A DNA stretch of 33,156 bases, taken from positions 1-33,156 of IMG/VR virus record IMGVR_UViG_3300037851_000800; one strand, given 5' to 3'. The notes beneath the pieces are model-generated. The model had not been told where the DNA came from. It saw only the letters and a program-made list of their open reading frames with translations, and ran no database searches. Both the position numbers and the translations under genes were made by a program. This document shows positions 16,576-23,153 of this stretch, piece by piece (positions within the stretch are counted from its first letter, which is position 1; each line of letters starts with the position of its first letter). Source of the DNA: a virus (lineage: Duplodnaviria; Caudoviricetes).

Positions 16576-17568
16576 ATGGCAAAGGTAAGAATAACTCATA
16601 TTGACGGCAAACTCCCTAACCTTGCGCTTATGAAATTGGCCCATTGGCACAAGGCGCAAGGTGATGAGGTGTTTTTTGCCAGAAATATCGAAAGAACGAT
16701 GTTTGAACCGGATTATGATATAGTTTACGGTTCGACTATTTTTACCTTTAGCCAGGCCAACACAAGCCGCTTTATGGTAAATTTCCCTAACGCCATTGTC
16801 GGCGGAACCGGAACCGGAAAAATGAACACAGTTGAGGAAATCACCGGAAAACACGAGCATTATGATTACTCAATTTACTCTGAGTATCAATGGTCTATCG
16901 GCTTTACTCAGCGAGGATGCCGCTTAAATTGCCCGTTTTGTGTGGTCCCGAAAAAGGAAGGCCGCCCCCGATCCGTCAATACAATTTGGGATATTTACCG
17001 GCCAGGGACTCCAAAAAACATTTGTCTGTTAGATAATGATTTTTTCGGACAGCCTAAAGAGCAATGGTTAGAGCGGATCAGTGAAATAAAAAGTGGTGGG
17101 TTCAAGGTTGCATTTAATCAGGGTATCAATATCAGGCTGATTACTGATGAGGCCGCTTACTGGTTGGCTCAAATTCCGTATTATGATGACCAATTTAAAA
17201 AGCGCAGGCTTTACACGGCCTGGGACAACCTAAAGGATGAAAAGATTTTCTTTGATGGCGTTGACCGTCTGGAAAAAGCCGGAGTGCCACCGTATCACCT
17301 GATGGTTTATATGCTCATCGGCTTTGACCCGTCCGAAACCTGGGAGCGCATTTTTTACCGTTTCAATCGGATGGTTGAGCGTGGTATCCGGCCTTATCCG
17401 ATGGTCTATAATGATAATCGAGATTTGCGCCGCTTCCAGCGTTGGGTAGTGCGTAGGTATTACGAGGTCATAAGTTGGTCTGATTTTACGCAACCTAACA
17501 AGGGCATGAAGCCGAATTGCTACCCTTCCAATTTTCAACTACCCCTTGCTGGCGGAGGGGACTTTTAA
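16576..17568 (+). CDS. Cassette 2: radical SAM protein, phage type
   Basis: TQRGCRLNCPFC CxxxCxxC motif, LLDNDF; N-terminal IDGKLPNLALMKL; ATG 16576 lies after attC1. Confidence 0.85.
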   Translation: MAKVRITHIDGKLPNLALMKLAHWHKAQGDEVFFARNIERTMFEPDYDIVYGSTIFTFSQANTSRFMVNFPNAIVGGTGTGKMNTVEEITGKHEHYDYSIYSEYQWSIGFTQRGCRLNCPFCVVPKKEGRPRSVNTIWDIYRPGTPKNICLLDNDFFGQPKEQWLERISEIKSGGFKVAFNQGINIRLITDEAAYWLAQIPYYDDQFKKRRLYTAWDNLKDEKIFFDGVDRLEKAGVPPYHLMVYMLIGFDPSETWERIFYRFNRMVERGIRPYPMVYNDNRDLRRFQRWVVRRYYEVISWSDFTQPNKGMKPNCYPSNFQLPLAGGGDF

Positions 17569-17618
17569 TCAATCAACCGGGGCCGGCCCGCAATCGGCTT
17601 ATGCCCCATCTGTTAGAG
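17493..17618 (+). other. attC2 (126 bp)
   Basis: ACCTAAC...GGGCAT(G)AAGCCG(A)ATTGC / GCAATCGGCTTATGCCC...GTTAGAG; close copy of attC1. Confidence 0.9.
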
Positions 17619-17625
17619 GGACAAA

Positions 17626-17859
17626 ATGAGCAAAATTATTAAAACTCGGTCACAAGAAATTACATTATCAAAAACTTGTGCTGGTGTTAGTCTTAATATC
17701 AAAAGAAAAGACGGTCGGCATCAATCTGTGCATATTTTCGACGAAGCTATACCTGAAATTGTAGATGAATTGAATCACATGATGGTCAAAAAGTCCGCCC
17801 AACAAGCGGTTGCAGGGGACGCCAAGAGCGAGGTCGTTAATCAAAAAACCGGCGCGTAA
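17626..17859 (+). CDS. Cassette 3: small hypothetical protein
   Basis: ATG 7 nt after the attC2 R' box; stop inside attC3. Confidence 0.7.
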   Translation: MSKIIKTRSQEITLSKTCAGVSLNIKRKDGRHQSVHIFDEAIPEIVDELNHMMVKKSAQQAVAGDAKSEVVNQKTGA

Positions 17860-17916
17860 GGTAGTTGGTTTTATTCTGCGGTTCTAAATCGCGCCCCTGA
17901 ACCGCAGGCATTAGGC
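17797..17916 (+). other. attC3 (120 bp), R' box ATTAGGC instead of GTT
   Basis: GCCCAAC...GCGGTT(G)CAGGGG(A)CGC / GCGCCCCTGAACCGC...ATTAGGC. Confidence 0.85.
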
Positions 17917-17938
17917 GGACCCCGAAGGAGAAATAATC

Positions 17939-18187
17939 ATGCAGGAATATGTTATCGCAATGAAGAGCGGTCATTCGTTCCGTGTGCAAATAAAAGACTT
18001 TTTATCATTTATATCGGATTTACAAACTGCTATCAATCCGCAGGCCATAAACAACTTTTATGCTCAGGGTGGAGTTATGTTCGATGTTGCCGATGTTTCT
18101 GCAATCTATCCACTGTCCGCCCAACAAGCCAATGGTGCGGACGCTGAAAGTAAGGCTCTATTAACCGGGGAAAAGTCTTTAGGCTAA
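17939..18187 (+). CDS. Cassette 4: small hypothetical protein
   Basis: AAGGAG RBS; stop inside attC4. Confidence 0.75.
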   Translation: MQEYVIAMKSGHSFRVQIKDFLSFISDLQTAINPQAINNFYAQGGVMFDVADVSAIYPLSAQQANGADAESKALLTGEKSLG

Positions 18188-18225
18188 AATACATTCACGC
18201 GCCGCTCATTGGCGGGGCGTTAGCA
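18119..18225 (+). other. attC4 (107 bp)
   Basis: GCCCAAC...GCCAATG(G)TGCGG(A)CGC / GCGCCGCTCATTGGC...GTTAGCA. Confidence 0.88.
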
Positions 18226-18237
18226 GGATAATCGCAA

Positions 18238-18621
18238 ATGAAACAATCGTTTGAAGTAATATATACATCTAACGCAGAGGAACTAATAAAACAACTATTT
18301 CCTGAATTGATTGAGCGTCAATCGTATCGTTTTAAATTCGTCCCGTCTGGTGATCAATGGTTTTTGCCTGTCTATGAATTTGAGGGATACGCAAAAGATT
18401 TTGATTTGCAAAACAAGGATGATGTATCCGTAAATGCAAACTTTGTTGTACTTAAGGATACATTCGTTGATTACACCGATTATAGATTTTATGCAAAGCT
18501 ATTGCGTTTTTTATGGAGATTCACTTGGTTGCATCGGCTTGTTGATATAGTCTCAAAGTGGCACAATCCTGCTAACAAGCATTTTCACCGGACGGCACAA
18601 CCAAGCGTTTTATCGGAGTAG
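18238..18621 (+). CDS. Cassette 5: hypothetical protein
   Basis: AGGA RBS; AT-rich; stop inside attC5. Confidence 0.7.
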   Translation: MKQSFEVIYTSNAEELIKQLFPELIERQSYRFKFVPSGDQWFLPVYEFEGYAKDFDLQNKDDVSVNANFVVLKDTFVDYTDYRFYAKLLRFLWRFTWLHRLVDIVSKWHNPANKHFHRTAQPSVLSE

Positions 18622-18688
18622 GTTTATTATTTGCGGTAGGCATTTTACCATAGGCCGCGTGGCCGCCGGTGAAATGTCACCGTTAGGT
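18570..18688 (+). other. attC5 (119 bp)
   Basis: TGCTAAC...CATTT(T)CACCGG(A)CGGC / GCCGCCGGTGAAATG...GTTAGGT. Confidence 0.88.
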
Positions 18689-18701
18689 TGCCTGAGCAAA
18701 G

Positions 18702-19328
18702 ATGAGTTTAAGACAGCGGATTTCTTTAATTGAAAAACCAACCGAATGGCTAAACGAGATGGTCACACTATATCACTATATGCACCGGTCAATCCACCAA
18801 AAATCTTGCCCGTTTGGTTGGGCTGTGTCGTTTGATGGTCAACTCGTTCAGCCGGACGGCAAACCAAGCGGTTTTATTGTATTCGCCAGTATCCACTTCA
18901 CCCGCTTGCATAATGAATTTGGTTATTCTGGTCTGCCTACAAAATGGCAGGTATTGAGCCTGGCCAGGCTTTGGCTTCATGATGACTTGCCGCGCAATTC
19001 TGAAACGTGTGTTATCGGTAAGGCTATGAAATTAGTACAAAAACGTTGGCTTGAGGTTCATCCGCCGCGTTTTTTGAAACAGCCATATCACATAGTAAAA
19101 ATTATTTCTTACGCTGATACTAGGTACCACGATGGTACAATTTACAGAGCTGCAAATTTCCGCGAAAGCGGGAGAACTGTCAGCCAGAAACGGCACAAAA
19201 ACAGCCGTGGGCCAGGTATGGGCGAAGCGGAATTGATTAGATTTATCTATGATCTTGATGAACCCAAATGGGTTTATGAACCGTTGCAACCGAGGCTTTT
19301 TGAGGAATTTGATTTCACGGCAGCCTAA
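18702..19328 (+). CDS. Cassette 6: Mom-like (GNAT-fold) DNA-modification protein
   Basis: YHYMH, LARLWLHDDLPRNSET and IISYAD-x3-HDGTIYRAANF motifs of Mom-related proteins; TAA stop lies within R'' of attC6. Confidence 0.75.
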   Translation: MSLRQRISLIEKPTEWLNEMVTLYHYMHRSIHQKSCPFGWAVSFDGQLVQPDGKPSGFIVFASIHFTRLHNEFGYSGLPTKWQVLSLARLWLHDDLPRNSETCVIGKAMKLVQKRWLEVHPPRFLKQPYHIVKIISYADTRYHDGTIYRAANFRESGRTVSQKRHKNSRGPGMGEAELIRFIYDLDEPKWVYEPLQPRLFEEFDFTAA

Positions 19329-19448
19329 CAAGCATTTCCAGCCGAATTACTACCGCTGCGGTTAACGAGCCTAACACCGCTGGCGATGGTGGCTCTTAAT
19401 CAAACTAAATTTGCTGGCCCGTAATCGGCTAAAATGCGGGCGTTGGGC
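19323..19448 (+). other. attC6 (126 bp)
   Basis: GCCTAAC...GCATTT(C)CAGCCG(A)ATTAC / GTAATCGGCTAAAATGC...GTTGGGC. Confidence 0.88.
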
Positions 19449-19560
19449 TGCTTTAATATACTCCCACAAAATGTTCAAATTTTTACATTCCATGTATTCC
19501 AACTGTTCTATAGTTATGATATAATAGTATGTAATAGAATCTTTTTTATCATTGATTTTT

Positions 19561-19588
19561 TTGTCAAAAATTGTCAAGGTGTTATAAT
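19561..19588 (+). promoter_or_regulatory. Internal promoter of cassette 7
   Basis: TTGTCA-16-TATAAT with TG extension in an AT-rich leader. Confidence 0.6.
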
Positions 19589-19625
19589 CTCAACTCCCAA
19601 TCTTTTAAAAATAGGAGATGATACA

Positions 19626-19844
19626 ATGGGTGGAGAAATCAAAGAGAGATTCACTGATTTTTTATACTCAAGACCTTCGTTTCTTGAGGGGGTCGCTCGT
19701 GTCGTTGATTTTGCAAATGTTTTGCAGGAATACAACGCATCATCTACACCTGAAATTGCAGATGAAAGAGCGACACGCGCTGATTGGGGTGCTGTAGGTA
19801 GTGATATGTATAAAACACTTAGGAGTATAAAATATGAACTGTGA
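19626..19844 (+). CDS. Cassette 7 gene A: small conserved-looking hypothetical protein (72 aa)
   Basis: AGGAG RBS at 19613; PSFLEGVARVVD...EYN...ADW-x-AVG-x-D pattern. Confidence 0.7.
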   Translation: MGGEIKERFTDFLYSRPSFLEGVARVVDFANVLQEYNASSTPEIADERATRADWGAVGSDMYKTLRSIKYEL

Positions 19845-20037
19845 TAGATGCGGTAAAGAGGTTCACGAAGATAAAGACGATTGGGTTTATTGTTTATATT
19901 GCGGGCTGAATTTATGCCTAGATTGTTGTGGGAAAGTCAACAATCTAGGTGCGTGCGAAAAGTGTGCCGCCCAACTAGCCAATGGAGCGGACGCTGAAAC
20001 AACGGCTCGGTTAGCTGAAGATAAACCGTTAAACTAA
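19834..20037 (+). CDS. Cassette 7 gene B: small Zn-finger protein
   Basis: AGGAG RBS; four CxxC pairs; stop inside attC7. Confidence 0.65.
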   Translation: MNCDRCGKEVHEDKDDWVYCLYCGLNLCLDCCGKVNNLGACEKCAAQLANGADAETTARLAEDKPLN

Positions 20038-20075
20038 AATTCATTCGCGCGCCGCTCATTGGCGCGGCGGTGTGA
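19969..20075 (+). other. attC7 (107 bp), terminal, R' box GGTGTGA
   Basis: GCCCAAC...GCCAATG(G)AGCGG(A)CGC / GCGCCGCTCATTGGC; close copy of attC4. Confidence 0.85.
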
Positions 20076-20120
20076 GGTAGGTAAAAAGGGCGGTCGGCCT
20101 CGCAAAAACCCGCAATTGAG

Positions 20121-20149
20121 TTGACATTTTTGTTATTTTGAACTACAAT
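20121..20149 (+). promoter_or_regulatory. Late-operon promoter
   Basis: TTGACA-17-TACAAT. Confidence 0.75.
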
Positions 20150-20163
20150 ATACATAATAATTT

Positions 20164-20210
20164 AACCCCCCTGGTGGCGCGCGTTGCGTGTGCAGGGGGG
20201 TTTTGTTTTT
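20164..20210 (+). terminator. Terminator/attenuator immediately after the late promoter
   Basis: AACCCCCCTG / CAGGGGGGTT 10-bp stem followed by TTGTTTTT. Confidence 0.65.
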
Positions 20211-20227
20211 CCCGGAGTTTTTTGGAT

Positions 20228-20722
20228 GTGCCTGATAAAATTTTGGATGACGACGCGATCAAACAGCTCTCGGCGTATGCTCGCGCGCAGGAGGCTGCTA
20301 ACCAGATTGAGCAGCGTAAACTCCAGGCATTGTTACGCCGGGAAAATATTTTTTTGGCGATTGTGGAAACTACGCAACAACTCACGTCGGATGTCCGCGA
20401 ATTACTACAATGTATGCGTGAGCGCAATCTGGCCGATGATGCAGTGCGGGAATTTTTTATTGAACTATCTGAGCAGATCGAGCGCCTGGAGCGCAACCAG
20501 GTTTTGCTCCTTACCGAGCATAACCAATCCGGCATTGCCCGGGCTATTGAGGATACTGTTGGCAACGCCGCACAACGTAAATTAATGCGCCAGTACCTAA
20601 AAAATCTGGCGCATTTGCGCGAACAGGCCGCCATATACGGCACCGATGTGCCGCTGGAACTGGTCAATAAAATAGAGCGCACACTAGAGGATATTGAGCG
20701 CCTCAAAAAGGAAATGAATTGA
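20228..20722 (+). CDS. Coiled-coil hypothetical protein
   Basis: GTG 20228 with GGAG at 20214 preferred, because the 20138 start lies within the promoter/terminator. Confidence 0.6.
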   Translation: MPDKILDDDAIKQLSAYARAQEAANQIEQRKLQALLRRENIFLAIVETTQQLTSDVRELLQCMRERNLADDAVREFFIELSEQIERLERNQVLLLTEHNQSGIARAIEDTVGNAAQRKLMRQYLKNLAHLREQAAIYGTDVPLELVNKIERTLEDIERLKKEMN

Positions 20723-21051
20723 TGACAAATTATGCGATGGATCGGGTGGCCGCCCGTTTAAAAAACATCAATGAGCGCTGGATAAAACTCAGCGAGCGCA
20801 TCAGTGTGTTTGCCGATAATGAAATTTTTTTGGCGTTGGCTCAGGAATCGGAGCAGTTGCGCGGCGAATTTGCCGATCTTGCCAGTTTGGGCAATCCCGA
20901 GGCGTGGCGATTGCTGGCCGAGAGTAACCATTTTTTGTTACCGGATGAGTCTAACTCGGCGGCGCTGGCCGAGCACATAGTGCGGCAACACATCAACATC
21001 CCGGAGTTGATAGCGGCGATAGAGGCGCGGATAGGTAACCATGATGGATAA
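20722..21051 (+). CDS. Hypothetical protein
   Basis: TGATG coupling with the previous gene. Confidence 0.6.
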   Translation: MTNYAMDRVAARLKNINERWIKLSERISVFADNEIFLALAQESEQLRGEFADLASLGNPEAWRLLAESNHFLLPDESNSAALAEHIVRQHINIPELIAAIEARIGNHDG

Positions 21052-21616
21052 TATTTATCCCGCATCGGCCAACACGCCCGGCCAGGCGGAGAGCCGCACC
21101 GCCTACGCCCGGATGGCGCGCGAGGCGGCGCAGGGCAATTTGCCCTGGTGGAACGATTATGTGGCCCTTAAAATGATGTTCCCCCAGTTTAAAAACTGGC
21201 GGGTGTGGGCGTTTGTGGCCTGGGACAGCCAGGCGATGAGCGCCAAACAGGCGCAGGGCATTATCACCCAACTGGATTTTGCCCAACAGGTTTTGGGCAC
21301 CAAAACCGACCGGGCGATCCGGGTTTGGCGCAAACGTTTTGGCGACGAGCTGGAGAACGCCAAAACGTGGGCGCAGGCCGCGCCGCTGTACCAGTATCGC
21401 CGCGATTTTTACGATGCCCTGGCCGCGGTGGCCAGCCGCCCCGACCCACGAGCGCACAACGACCGCAAACTGGCGCTGGAAATGCTGGGTGACTACACCT
21501 CCCGCCAAAAACTGGCGGCAGAGATTGACCTGCCCCAATTGCCGGGGGTTTTGGACGAGTTATTAAGTCAGGTTTATGGCAATGATCGGGATGATTCCGG
21601 CGACGCCGGCCAATAA
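21041..21616 (+). CDS. terS: Probable terminase small subunit
   Basis: Directly upstream of and overlapping terL; HTH-like TQLDFAQQVLG...IRVWRK; DRKLALEMLG motif. Confidence 0.6.
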   Translation: MMDNIYPASANTPGQAESRTAYARMAREAAQGNLPWWNDYVALKMMFPQFKNWRVWAFVAWDSQAMSAKQAQGIITQLDFAQQVLGTKTDRAIRVWRKRFGDELENAKTWAQAAPLYQYRRDFYDALAAVASRPDPRAHNDRKLALEMLGDYTSRQKLAAEIDLPQLPGVLDELLSQVYGNDRDDSGDAGQ

Positions 21617-23153
21617 ACTCAATAATACCGAGGCCCTGCACCGGTTTGTGGCTGAGGTCCGCCACGCCGGTTGCCCGCCGGATCAGATACGCAATTTTTT
21701 ACGGGCGGGATACGTGCCGCAGCCCAAACAACTGGAATTTCACGCTGCGGCTCGTTGTTGCGATGAGCCGGGCGGCCCCACCGAGATAGGGTTTGGCGGC
21801 GCGCGCGGCCCCGGTAAAAGCCACGCCCTGTTTGCGCAAATGGCATTAGACGATTGCCAGCGTTTCCCCGGCCTGAAATTTTTGTTTTTGCGCAAAATAG
21901 GCAAACAGGCCCGCGAGAGTTTTGAGGATTTACGGTTGCGGGTGCTGGCCCGCGTGCCCCACGATTACAACAGCAGCCGCGGGTTGCTGACATTTGCCAA
22001 CGGCTCGCGCATTATTTTGGGCCATTTTAAAGACGAGCGGGACATTGACGCCTACCTGGGCATTGAGTACGACGGCATTGTGCCGGAGGAAGCCACCTCG
22101 CTGAGCAGCACCAAACACCAGGCCCTGCGCGACAGCAACCGCACCAGCAAAACGGGCTGGCGTCCCCGGATGTACAACAGCACCAACCCCGGCGGCGTGG
22201 GTCACGCCTGGTATAAAAAACGATTTGTGGAACCGGCCCTGGCCGGCATTGAGGGCGACACCCGTTTTATTTTTGCTACGGTAGATGACAACGTATTTGT
22301 GGATGCGGATTATCGCCAAAAGCTGGAGCAGAACACCGGCTGGCGGCTGCGGGCGTATCGGTATGGTGACTGGGACATAGCCGCCGGGCAATTTTTCACC
22401 AACTGGCGGCGCGCGGCGCACGTCATTTCCCCGTTCCGCATCCCCGAAAACTGGCGGGTGTGGCTGGCAATGGACTACGGGTTTACGCACTACACCTGCG
22501 TGTACCTGCTGGCCCAGGGCGACGGGATGATCTACATTGTGGACGAGCACGCCGCCCGCCAATGGCTGCCGGAGCGTCACGCCGGGGCCATTGCCGCCAT
22601 GCTGCAACGGCACCAGGTTGACCCGGCCCGGTTGTGGGGTTTTGTGGCCGGAGCCGATGTGTTTGCCCGGCGCGGCACGTTTGGCGGCACCGTGGCCGAC
22701 GAGTACAAAAAACTTGGCATCAAATTACGCCGGGCCAATGACGACCGCATTAACGGCGCGGCGCAACTGCTGCGCCTGCTGGGTGATGTGGAGATGGGCA
22801 TACCGCCCCGGTTGCAGATTTTTGATAATTGCGCCCGGTTGATCGAGTGCCTGCCCGCCCTGGAACACGACCCGCACCGCCCGGAGGATGTGCTCAAATG
22901 GGACACCGACGACGACGGTGTGGGCGGCGATGATCCCTACGACGCGGCGCGTTACGGGGTAATGGCTGTGCATCGCGCCCAGGTGCGCGGCGGGGCAATG
23001 GACTGGTACACTCAGGCTGCGCCGGGTGGGTCTGCCCCGGCTGCGCCGGGTGGGTCTGCCCAGGCTGCGCCGGGTGGGGGGATACTGCCCTCAGCCCGCA
23101 GCGAGGCCGAAATTGAGCAATTATTGAACGAGGCCGCGTATGGCGACGAATAG
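21576..23153 (+). CDS. terL: Terminase large subunit
   Basis: Q motif PQPKQLEFH, Walker A GGARGPGKS, Walker B GIVPEEAT, STNPGGVGH, nuclease MDYG and DDPYDAARY. Confidence 0.95.
   Translation: MAMIGMIPATPANKLNNTEALHRFVAEVRHAGCPPDQIRNFLRAGYVPQPKQLEFHAAARCCDEPGGPTEIGFGGARGPGKSHALFAQMALDDCQRFPGLKFLFLRKIGKQARESFEDLRLRVLARVPHDYNSSRGLLTFANGSRIILGHFKDERDIDAYLGIEYDGIVPEEATSLSSTKHQALRDSNRTSKTGWRPRMYNSTNPGGVGHAWYKKRFVEPALAGIEGDTRFIFATVDDNVFVDADYRQKLEQNTGWRLRAYRYGDWDIAAGQFFTNWRRAAHVISPFRIPENWRVWLAMDYGFTHYTCVYLLAQGDGMIYIVDEHAARQWLPERHAGAIAAMLQRHQVDPARLWGFVAGADVFARRGTFGGTVADEYKKLGIKLRRANDDRINGAAQLLRLLGDVEMGIPPRLQIFDNCARLIECLPALEHDPHRPEDVLKWDTDDDGVGGDDPYDAARYGVMAVHRAQVRGGAMDWYTQAAPGGSAPAAPGGSAQAAPGGGILPSARSEAEIEQLLNEAAYGDE
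23013..23078 (+). repeat. 24-bp tandem repeat (2.75 copies) in the terL tail
   Basis: c(a/c)ggctgcgccgggtgggtctgcc units encoding QAAPGGSA/PAAPGGSA. Confidence 0.9.

Larger units (their letters stand above)
15277..20075 (+). mobile_element. Integron-like element: degenerate intI, attI-like site and seven attC-bounded cassettes
   Basis: IntI-like ORF followed by co-oriented, more AT-rich small genes each ending in an attC-like imperfect palindrome. Confidence 0.9.

Noticed and set aside
16432-17618. attC1/attC2 pair as DGR template and variable repeats
   Set aside because: Differences are not confined to adenines and there is no reverse transcriptase
16432-20075. Interspersed repeats as a CRISPR array or plain terminators
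   Set aside because: Units are 107-126 bp, separated by whole genes, lack U tracts and have attC box and extrahelical-base structure; no cas genes
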